A DNA stretch of 64,000 bases, taken from NCBI GenBank assembly GCA_049322915.1, contig JBMOPW010000034.1, positions 520,567 to 584,566 of the forward strand, written 5' to 3'. Positions within the stretch are counted from its first letter, which is position 1; each line of letters begins with the position of its first letter. Positions 41,054 to 49,058 of the stretch are shown here, in pieces. A program made the position numbers and the translations under genes. The notes under the pieces were generated by a model. That model did no database searches and was not told where the DNA came from. It saw nothing but the letters and a program-made list of their open reading frames with translations. The stretch comes from Candidatus Zhuqueibacterota bacterium (GTDB taxonomy: Bacteria; Zhuqueibacterota; Zhuqueibacteria; Thermofontimicrobiales; Thermofontimicrobiaceae).

Positions 41054-42343
41054 CTACATTTGTTGTGATGAACTTTTGAAATGCGCCCGCCATTCGTGGG
41101 GCGACCTGGCCTGGCAGGGTTCATTCCACCTTTCGAGCGTCGCCATATCTTTCAATCCGTGACCGGTGAACATCACCATCATTTTTTCGCCGCGGATGTC
41201 GCGATGGGATAGATATTTCAAATACCCGGCGAAACTGGCGGCAGCGGCTGGCTCCACCAGTATTCCCCAGTCATTGGCAACGCATTTCTGCGCGGCTGCA
41301 ATCTCGTCGTCGCTGACCGACATGGCGTCTCCCTGACTCTGTTTCACCGCGTAAGCCGCCATGTACAAATTTCTCGGCGCGCCGGCGCAGATGCTATCCG
41401 CAATGGAAAAAGCCTCGCGAAAGACGAATTGCCCCGTGCGGAAAAATTGCACCACCGCGTCGCTTCCCTCGGCTTGCACGGCAATGAGCCGCGGTATTTT
41501 TTCGATCCAGCCCAGGCGCTGCAATTCCCAGAATCCTTTGAACAGCCCGGCAATGATGACGCCGTCGCCCACCGGCACAAAAATGGCATCCGGCAATTCG
41601 CCCTGATTGGCGAGGAAAATATCAAAGGCGCCGGATTTTTTCCCTTCGATGGTGAGCGGATTGTAAGCCGTGTTTCGGTTGAACCAGTTCCTTTCGCGCG
41701 AAATTTCCAGGCTCAAATCGAACGCCTCATCGTAACTTCCAGCCACCACATAAATCGAAGCGCCATAGGCCTGAATCTGGATGCGCTTCGCCGGAGGAAT
41801 GGAAGCCGGCACAAACAGATGAGCGCGCAGACCGAGCCGCGCGCAGATGCCAGCCAGCGATGAAGCGGCATTGCCGGTGGAAGCAGCCGCGATCTCCGCA
41901 AAGCCCAACTGCTGCGCTTTCAGGCAGACCAGAATCGACGCCCGATCCTTGAAAGAAAGCGTTGGATTCCGCGTGTCATCGAAAATCCGGACCAGTCCTC
42001 CCGGGGCGCTGACCGTGCTCACCGGATGCGAGGGCAATCGCAGCCGGTGGAACAAGTCGAACGAGTGCTCTCCGGATGAGGATGCGCCGGTCAGCCGACT
42101 GAAGTCCAGGGGCCACAATGCCGGATAGCGCCATATTTCACCGGGTGAATTTTTCAAAAAATCGCTTCGCGATATAATCCGGCTGAAACGATCGTAATCG
42201 TGTTCGATCCACAGAACACCCTCGAGCGGCCGATTCCTTTCCGCCTTTCCGCAGATTGGACAGAGGTAAGTGAAATTCGCCTCAATGCTCGCCGCTGAAA
42301 AAACCGCGCTGCAGTTGAAACAGCGGTACTGATAATCATTCAT
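41054..42343 (-). CDS. Threonine-synthase-like fold-type II PLP enzyme
   Basis: N-terminal CxxC/CxxC, NPTLSFKDR, ASTGN, VPVGDG, EPAAA, TGHGLKD. Confidence 0.8.
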   Translation of the reverse strand: MNDYQYRCFNCSAVFSAASIEANFTYLCPICGKAERNRPLEGVLWIEHDYDRFSRIISRSDFLKNSPGEIWRYPALWPLDFSRLTGASSSGEHSFDLFHRLRLPSHPVSTVSAPGGLVRIFDDTRNPTLSFKDRASILVCLKAQQLGFAEIAAASTGNAASSLAGICARLGLRAHLFVPASIPPAKRIQIQAYGASIYVVAGSYDEAFDLSLEISRERNWFNRNTAYNPLTIEGKKSGAFDIFLANQGELPDAIFVPVGDGVIIAGLFKGFWELQRLGWIEKIPRLIAVQAEGSDAVVQFFRTGQFVFREAFSIADSICAGAPRNLYMAAYAVKQSQGDAMSVSDDEIAAAQKCVANDWGILVEPAAAASFAGYLKYLSHRDIRGEKMMVMFTGHGLKDMATLERWNEPCQARSPHEWRAHFKSSSQQM

Positions 42344-42453
42344 GGGAACCTGCTTCTACAGGTATCTTTCAACAGAATTGCGCCTAACCATCGATCTCGG
42401 AAGAAGACCTGTGCGCTATTCATTAATTCGTGTTTTGGAAATTACTCAATTGA

Positions 42454-42834
42454 ATCTCAGGTTCCAGGTTTCAAGGTTCCCGGTTCCGGGTTAAAAAGAA
42501 TTTTCGTCGCTATTCAGGCATGTAGTCTTGCCGCGAAGTCACACGAAGATGTCATTTTATTCGTTCTTGTTTTGCGCAATTCATTTTTTTAAAACACGAT
42601 CGGCTTTTCTGAATTGATAATTCAGCCTGCATTATTCATCGTATTTTTAAAGGAGGCTGGCTAACCTGAATGGTGCTCTTTTTAGAATTAACGTACAAAA
42701 ACTGAGTTTCAAAATAGCTTAGTTTTTAGCTAGTTGAAAATCTGAATGTTGACTCAAATTCTGAGCAAGTTCAGGAATAATTCAGGTTAGATATATTTTT
42801 TTCTTCGTGCCTTTGAGACTTTGTGGCTGAGCAG
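42454..42834. repeat. Intergenic repeat C, copy 1 (contains MITE B copy 2)
   Basis: atctcaggttccaggtt...catgtagtc...atgtcattttattcgttctt...ctttgtggctgagcag, shared with 43913-44095. Confidence 0.75.
42626..42786 (-). mobile_element. 161-bp MITE B, copy 2
   Basis: Reverse complement of 11131-11291 with 4 mismatches by manual alignment; flanks TCAG / TTAG. Confidence 0.82.
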
Positions 42835-42887
42835 TTACGTATTAACTATAAAATGGACGGGTCGTAAAGGCGCCCGCGCGAACACTC

Positions 42888-43865
42888 TCACAATATCAAC
42901 GACAGCAGCGCCTTTTGCACATGCAGCCGGTTTTCAGCTTCCTGATAGACGACAGAATGCGGCCCATCGATCACGCCGGGCGTCACTTCTTTCCCGCGAT
43001 CGGCTGGGAGCGGGTGCATGTACAGCGAATGCTTTTTGGTCAATTCCATACGCTGCTCATTGCACACCCACGTTGGATATTTTTCAATGAGCGCAATGCC
43101 CTCTTTGGCGTCCTGTGTGTGCACCAGCGGCCCCCATGATTTTGGCACCACCACATCGGCGTCCTCGAATGCCTCGTCCATGTCATGGGTGAGGGTGAAT
43201 TTCACGCCGGCCTGTTCGGCATTCGTTTTCGCCTGTTCCACAATATGCGGCATCAGTTTGAACTCCGGAGGGAACGCCAGCGTCACATCCAGTCCAAACC
43301 GAGGCATAAGCAGAATCAGGCTTTGCGGCACAGAAACCGGGCGCATGTAATTTGGCGCGTAGGTCCAACTCACCCCAATCTTCAGACCGCGCGTGTTCTC
43401 ACCGAAATGTTCCATGATGGTAAAATAGTCAGCCATTATTTGCGCCGGGTGATAAATATCACATTGCATATTCACAATCGGCGCCGAACTCGAGGCGCGC
43501 ATTTCTTCAAGGAATCGATTGCCCTCGCCATATTTGCAATAGCGCATGGCAATACCCTGCAAATAGCCGGACAGCACTTTGGCCGTGTCCCTGGCGCCCT
43601 CGCCGTGAGAAATTTGCATCGTCTCCGGAGCGAAGAAAATGCTATGGCCACCCAATTGCGTCATTGACGCTTCGAATGAAGTTCGCGTGCGTGTGGATGG
43701 ATCAAAAAAAATCATGCCCAGCGATTTGCCTTCCAGATACCGATGAAACCGACCGGCTGCATAGTCAAGCTTCAGCAATTTGGCCGTCTCGAACACGGTT
43801 TTCAATTCCTGAATCGACCAATCCTGCGTCGTGATGAAATGCTTGCCTTTCAATTTTGTGTGCAT
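42888..43865 (-). CDS. Carbamoyltransferase, YgeW-like
   Basis: STRTR and HPAQ motifs; SWTYAPNYMRPVSVPQS..LLMPRFGLDVTLA resembles the YgeW-type segment; next to YgeY. Confidence 0.78.
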   Translation of the reverse strand: MHTKLKGKHFITTQDWSIQELKTVFETAKLLKLDYAAGRFHRYLEGKSLGMIFFDPSTRTRTSFEASMTQLGGHSIFFAPETMQISHGEGARDTAKVLSGYLQGIAMRYCKYGEGNRFLEEMRASSSAPIVNMQCDIYHPAQIMADYFTIMEHFGENTRGLKIGVSWTYAPNYMRPVSVPQSLILLMPRFGLDVTLAFPPEFKLMPHIVEQAKTNAEQAGVKFTLTHDMDEAFEDADVVVPKSWGPLVHTQDAKEGIALIEKYPTWVCNEQRMELTKKHSLYMHPLPADRGKEVTPGVIDGPHSVVYQEAENRLHVQKALLSLIL

Positions 43866-43912
43866 TGCGCTCTCCTGCATTGATAAGTTGATCAATCGAA
43901 ACGAATTATAGT

Positions 43913-44095
43913 ATCTCAGGTTCCAGGTTTAAAGGTTCCCGGTTCCGGGTAAAAGAGAATTTTCGTCGCTATCCAGGCATGTAGTCTCGCCACTAAGACG
44001 CCAAGCCACAACGTTACTCGAACATGTCATTTTATTCGTTCTTATTTTGGGCAATTAATTTTTTTTTTACCATGTTCAGCTTTGTGGCTGAGCAG
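43913..44095. repeat. Intergenic repeat C, copy 2
   Basis: Direct repeat of 42454-42834 lacking the MITE. Confidence 0.75.
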
Positions 44096-44173
44096 ATATG
44101 AAATTTAAATACATGACAGGTACCGATTTGTCCTGCGAAAACGTCCTTTCAATTTCCCAATTTCATCGATAGA

Positions 44174-45397
44174 TCAGATGGCATTTGCCAGGTAAAATGG
44201 GAACGCACCGTAAAACTGCGCTGCTTTCAGCAGATCGGTCAGTACCAATTCTTCATGGGGCGAATGCGACAATTCCTCTTTGCCCGGGGCAAAGCCAATG
44301 GTGGGAATCCCCAATCGTCCCGCGGTCTCCACGCCGTTGGTGGAGAAACTCCAGAAACCGCTCGCCGTTTTTTTTCTGCTGCTGAATTCCGCAGCGCGAA
44401 GTCCCGCCGTCACAATGGGATGATTTTCATCGAACAGCCAGGTGGGAAAATAGGCATCCTGATTGACGGGCAATCCGGTCCAACTGACGCCTGTGTACGT
44501 GGGGATGGATACCCGCGCATCGCTCCGAAGTCGCTGAATGATTTCCTGCAACTGTCCGACGATGGACTCCTTCGACTCCCCCATCGTCATTCGCCGATCC
44601 AGATGAATTTCGCAGAAATCAGGGACCGAGCAGAGCGATGGCGCGCGGGAGACAACCTGGCTCACCGTGATCGATCCTTTGCCCAGCGGCGCAATGGCGG
44701 GCAGGCTTTGGTCCAGCCGTTCTATTTCGGAAATGATGGGATTCATCTTGTAAATCGCATTGATTCCTTTGGAATTGTGAGCACCGTGAGCGGATTTTCC
44801 GACCGTGCGGATATTCAGTTCCATCCGGCCGCGCTGGCCGCGATAGACTTTCAGATCGGTCGGCTCGCCCAGCAGCACATACCCTGGACGAATCCCCTCG
44901 TTCGCAATGAGGTGATGCAGGGGATAGCCATCCGCATCCTCTTCCAATACCGAGCCAACCACGTAAATCGTAACTGGCAGTTCCGCCAGAGCGTTCAACC
45001 GCTGCAAGACTTTCCCGGCCAGGAGAAAACCAGCCATGGCCGGCTTTTCGTCCACTGCGCCGCGTCCGAATATTTTCCCGTCGATCATTTCTCCAGCAAA
45101 TGGCGGATGGGGCCATTTTTCAGATTCGGTGACGTGAACCGTATCGATGTGAGCATCGTACAGGATCGTGATGGGCCCGCTGCCGATTCGCCCCACGGCG
45201 TTGCCCAGTTGATCGATGAAACACGCATCAAAATCATACGCCTTCATTGTTGCAATGATATACTCCACAATCTCCTTTTCGTCGCCGCTGTAGCTGCGGA
45301 TTTGAATGAGCCGCTGCAGGACCGAGTACAGTTCGTTTTGTTCAGCGGCGAGTTCCCGGCGAATCGATTCGATCATAGTTTCCGACGTCATGAGCAT
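44174..45397 (-). CDS. ygeY: YgeY-family M20 metallohydrolase
   Basis: DAHIDTV, GRG..D, EED.DG, YRGQRGRME, NAIYKM, FSTNGV..AG..GIPTIGF.PG.E...H. Confidence 0.8.
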   Translation of the reverse strand: MLMTSETMIESIRRELAAEQNELYSVLQRLIQIRSYSGDEKEIVEYIIATMKAYDFDACFIDQLGNAVGRIGSGPITILYDAHIDTVHVTESEKWPHPPFAGEMIDGKIFGRGAVDEKPAMAGFLLAGKVLQRLNALAELPVTIYVVGSVLEEDADGYPLHHLIANEGIRPGYVLLGEPTDLKVYRGQRGRMELNIRTVGKSAHGAHNSKGINAIYKMNPIISEIERLDQSLPAIAPLGKGSITVSQVVSRAPSLCSVPDFCEIHLDRRMTMGESKESIVGQLQEIIQRLRSDARVSIPTYTGVSWTGLPVNQDAYFPTWLFDENHPIVTAGLRAAEFSSRKKTASGFWSFSTNGVETAGRLGIPTIGFAPGKEELSHSPHEELVLTDLLKAAQFYGAFPFYLANAI

Positions 45398-45406
45398 TTC
45401 CTTTTC

Positions 45407-46420
45407 TTATTGATCCACTTTTTGGGCATGGCAGGTATAAAAAATATTTTCGTCCACCAGCCTGTGCATTTTGTTCGAATAGGAATCAGGCAGTTCCACG
45501 TTGAATTTTTGCAGCGCGAATTTCGAAGGGGGCAAATACTTCTCGATGAACGGCAGCCCCGGCGAGTAAATGAACTGCCCGCCTTTTTTCAGCGACGCTA
45601 AAATTTCCATGTATCGCTGCGCATATTTTTCCGGAACGCCGTATCGGTACAGATGATGAAAAATGAAATGATTGGAAAAAGACATGTGCGCGATAATGGT
45701 CCCCCAGAAATTTCTTGTGAGGCGATAATTCAACCATTCCGACTGCACGAACATTTCCGAACTCTCCACCATTCTATCCACGCCAACGACCTTCAGTCCC
45801 TTGGCGCTGAGGAATTTCACCAGCTTGCCGGATTTGCCGCAGCCAATATCCAGAATAGGTTCCATCAGTCGCCCGACATCGATTTTCAGAATACTCAACT
45901 GAAGCTCCGGGGAGTACTCGTGACACATGGCGCTGTAAATCTGCTTCTTTTCAGGGCTGGTCGAATCGCCGGTCCGGGCAAAGCGATTCCAGATGAACTC
46001 ATCCAGTTCTTTAAAATGCGCCCGGAGCATTTCTTTCAAACCGGATTGAAACGTTGGAAGAGATTGAAAGTCAGAGAGCAGCCGGTGAATTTGTCGCATG
46101 AAGCCTGCGTGGATTTTTCTCAACGCGGATTCGGCGTGCTCGTTCAATTGCAGAAATTGGTAATGCTCGAAAAGAAATTCGAAGGCGATGGATGTGAGAT
46201 ACTCTGTGATGGCAGTCTGCACGGTGCTGTCCTCCAGGAAAGTCAGGATGGACGCCCTGTTTGGGCCAACGAATTGACGGAAATTCAGTTCCTGAAAAAA
46301 GACGCGGAATGCCTGATCCTGTTTTTCGAATATGGAATGAAACCACAGGATGCGGTAATGCTCGACCAGTTGGTCCAATGCCCCGCTGCTGAATAATTCC
46401 GATGTCAACTTCGTGCTCAT
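45407..46420 (-). CDS. Putative class I SAM-dependent methyltransferase
   Basis: ILDIGCG..G and VVGVD motifs in the C-terminal half. Confidence 0.6.
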   Translation of the reverse strand: MSTKLTSELFSSGALDQLVEHYRILWFHSIFEKQDQAFRVFFQELNFRQFVGPNRASILTFLEDSTVQTAITEYLTSIAFEFLFEHYQFLQLNEHAESALRKIHAGFMRQIHRLLSDFQSLPTFQSGLKEMLRAHFKELDEFIWNRFARTGDSTSPEKKQIYSAMCHEYSPELQLSILKIDVGRLMEPILDIGCGKSGKLVKFLSAKGLKVVGVDRMVESSEMFVQSEWLNYRLTRNFWGTIIAHMSFSNHFIFHHLYRYGVPEKYAQRYMEILASLKKGGQFIYSPGLPFIEKYLPPSKFALQKFNVELPDSYSNKMHRLVDENIFYTCHAQKVDQ

Positions 46421-46580
46421 GAATCATATTCTTTCACTATCGTGCAACCTGAATGATCTGCTAACCATCGAACGCTGAAAACGCTTTGTTCCGTTGATCG
46501 CAGAAGCCTCCGCCAAAATTCATTTCGATGCCCGACTCACGGCTGAAATGGGCGGCGCACTGCCTTTCGCCCCATCGCTG

Positions 46581-47702
46581 TCAGTGCGCATCAGGTACCG
46601 GAGTCAGCCTCAGCGCCTGTCTGAGACAGACGGAAACGCAGACGCCACAGCTCACACATTTTTCAACCGCGACGACGAATTCCTTTTCATCGACATGAAT
46701 CGCCTGGTGGAGACACGATTTCGCGCAGATCATGCAGACATTGCAACGCGATCGGTCGAGCACCGGGGCCAATGTGGGGCTGAGTCCCAGAAACGATGGT
46801 TCGTGTTTTTCCCGACGCAGGAACGCGCCGCGCATCTCTTCAACCGATGCATAGCCGTTTTCGGTCATCCAATGCGCCAGCTTCACCGCCAATTCACCGT
46901 AGACTTGCTGGCCCTGCGTAATGACCAGGCTGCACACCTGCACTGCGGACGCGCCGGCGAGGATGTATTTGATCACATCGTGGACATGCTGAATTCCGCC
47001 CACGCCGACGATGGGTTTGTCAGTGAGCTGCGCCAACGTTGCGACAAAATGCAGACCAACCGGCAGAATGCAGCGGCCGCTGAGCCAACCCCGACCGTCG
47101 GCGCTGCCAAGATAGGGTTGTAAAGTCGCAATGTCAAAATCGAGCGCAGGGCCGAGGCTATTGATGGCGACATAGCCATCCACCAGCGAGTCGAGTCCGC
47201 GAACGAGGCCGGCCAGATCCTGAATCGACGGGCTCAATTTGGCCAATACAGGAACCGGGACCGCGTCCCTCAGCGCCGCAGCCATCCGTTTCAGATTGTC
47301 AATGTCTTTATCGACGTAGTGGATGGAGAATTCGACGGCGTCCATCAGACCGCTGTGCGCCAGCGCCCGACCCACCGTGCCCAATTCCTCCGGCGAATAG
47401 CCCACAGAAACGATCACCGGCAGCCCCAGCGCCTTGATTTTTGGCAGTTCATTTTCGATGAAATCGCTATAATGCCGCTCGGACCACAATTCCGCGTTGA
47501 GCAGACTGCCGTGAAACGGCTGATGAATGTTGGGAACCGGCACCCGCGCCGGCGTCGCACTGATGGTTTTGGTGACCAATCCGCCAGCGCCTCCTTTTAC
47601 CGCCCGGGCCAACATGGCTGCATCCGCCGCTGCCGGGCCGGCCGCTGTCCAGATCGGATTGGGGAATTTCAAATCGTTGATGGAAACAGTCACGTTCACC
47701 AT
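46581..47702 (-). CDS. Dihydroorotate/dihydropyrimidine-dehydrogenase-like FMN protein with C-terminal 2x[4Fe-4S] domain
   Basis: NPIWTAAGP, VTKT, AKLSP, AINS, GWLSG, VGVGGI, AGASAVQVC; CxxCxxCxxxC twice. Confidence 0.8.
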   Translation of the reverse strand: MVNVTVSINDLKFPNPIWTAAGPAAADAAMLARAVKGGAGGLVTKTISATPARVPVPNIHQPFHGSLLNAELWSERHYSDFIENELPKIKALGLPVIVSVGYSPEELGTVGRALAHSGLMDAVEFSIHYVDKDIDNLKRMAAALRDAVPVPVLAKLSPSIQDLAGLVRGLDSLVDGYVAINSLGPALDFDIATLQPYLGSADGRGWLSGRCILPVGLHFVATLAQLTDKPIVGVGGIQHVHDVIKYILAGASAVQVCSLVITQGQQVYGELAVKLAHWMTENGYASVEEMRGAFLRREKHEPSFLGLSPTLAPVLDRSRCNVCMICAKSCLHQAIHVDEKEFVVAVEKCVSCGVCVSVCLRQALRLTPVPDAH

Positions 47703-47718
47703 AGCCAATGCATCCTTG

Positions 47719-48192
47719 TTACGGGGTTGCCGTGGCCTTGACGGCCTCGATGATTTGCTTGTAGCCGGTGCAGCGACACAGGTTCCCGGCAATGGCCTCT
47801 TTGATTTCATCCTCGGTTGGATCTGGATTCTCCAGCAGCAGCGCGTAGGCAGAAAGCAACATGCCAGGCGTACAAAATCCGCACTGAACCGCGCCCTTGT
47901 CCAAAAACATTTTCTGCAACGCATGCAACCCACCGGCCGAGGCCAATCCTTCCACCGTCAAAACGCGGGCGCCCTCGACCTGGCCAGCCAGCACGAGACA
48001 GGCATTCACCGCCTTGCCGTCGACGAGCACAGTGCAGGCGCCGCATTCGCCAATGCCGCAGCCCTCTTTGGCGCCGGTCAGACCAAAATCCAGGCGCAGC
48101 ACATCCAGCAATCGCCGGTTGGCCAGCGTCTCGACAGCCACGTCGTTTCCATTCAAATTGAAATTCAGTTTAATTCGCATCAACATCACCAC
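47719..48192 (-). CDS. Xanthine-dehydrogenase-family [2Fe-2S] subunit (set 1)
   Basis: GCGIGECGACTV, QCGFCTPG, GNLCRCTGY; true start may be 48180. Confidence 0.9.
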   Translation of the reverse strand: MVMLMRIKLNFNLNGNDVAVETLANRRLLDVLRLDFGLTGAKEGCGIGECGACTVLVDGKAVNACLVLAGQVEGARVLTVEGLASAGGLHALQKMFLDKGAVQCGFCTPGMLLSAYALLLENPDPTEDEIKEAIAGNLCRCTGYKQIIEAVKATATP

Positions 48193-48194
48193 AA

Positions 48195-49058
48195 TCAGGT
48201 TACGGTTTTTTCTAACAAATAATAAAACATCTGCTGGACGACTTTCAATTTATATTCCGTGGACCAGCGCAGCCCGGTGATGGACAGAACGGATTGCCCC
48301 AATTTCCGCGCTAATTCTTTGAACACATCGTCATTCGCGTTCCGGCCGCGAGCGAATTGTTCGATCTCCGGGAATCGCGTTCCGATGGGCGTCACAGCGC
48401 CGCTGGCAATTCGCAGTTCCCGGATGACCGAATGATCGGTTTTCAGCAACAGCGCCAGTGTGATTCGGCTAATGGCCACCCCGCGACGGCGTCCTAATTT
48501 GTAGAATTCGCCGCGAAACCCCTCGCCGATCTTCGGAAGCGTTATGCGCGTCACCATTTCATCGGACTGCAATCGAGGCCGGTACGGCTGGTCCAGCAAT
48601 TCGGAAAGGGCAAGGTCTCGCGCGCCAGCGACGGACTGAATCGTAATTTTGGCGTCGTAGACAAGAAGCGGCGGCACGCTGTCTGCGCAGGGAGCATTGT
48701 TGATGAAATTCCCGGCGCATGTCGCCCGATTTCTGATTTGAACGCTGCCAACGGAACGGGCAGCCTGAGCCAGCAGCGGGAAATAGTCGCGGATGAGCGC
48801 ATTGTTCGCTAATTCCGAAAACGTGACGCCCGCGCCGAAGACAATGCAATCCCCCCCATCGTCGATGCGCTTCAACGCGCTGAGTTTCCCGATATCAACC
48901 AGGCAGGCGATGTCCGAGAATCGCGGATTCTGCTGGTGGAATCCCGGCATGATATCCGTGCCGCCGGCCAGAACGCGCGCTGTGTTCCGATAGCGCGTCA
49001 ATAATTCGAGCGCCTGTTCCAGCGTCTCCGGCCGGAAATATTCGAATTCAGGGATCAT
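48195..49058 (-). CDS. Xanthine-dehydrogenase-family FAD-binding subunit (set 1)
   Basis: LAGGTD, VGSVQIRNRAT.AGN, F.KLGRR. Confidence 0.88.
   Translation of the reverse strand: MIPEFEYFRPETLEQALELLTRYRNTARVLAGGTDIMPGFHQQNPRFSDIACLVDIGKLSALKRIDDGGDCIVFGAGVTFSELANNALIRDYFPLLAQAARSVGSVQIRNRATCAGNFINNAPCADSVPPLLVYDAKITIQSVAGARDLALSELLDQPYRPRLQSDEMVTRITLPKIGEGFRGEFYKLGRRRGVAISRITLALLLKTDHSVIRELRIASGAVTPIGTRFPEIEQFARGRNANDDVFKELARKLGQSVLSITGLRWSTEYKLKVVQQMFYYLLEKTVT

Noticed and set aside
6895..45601. Long antisense ORFs (e.g. 6895-7857, 13244-14296, 20347-21498, 22891-24357, 26754-27869, 44255-45601)
   Set aside because: They lie opposite well-supported genes and carry no motifs; these are typical shadow frames in GC-rich coding DNA
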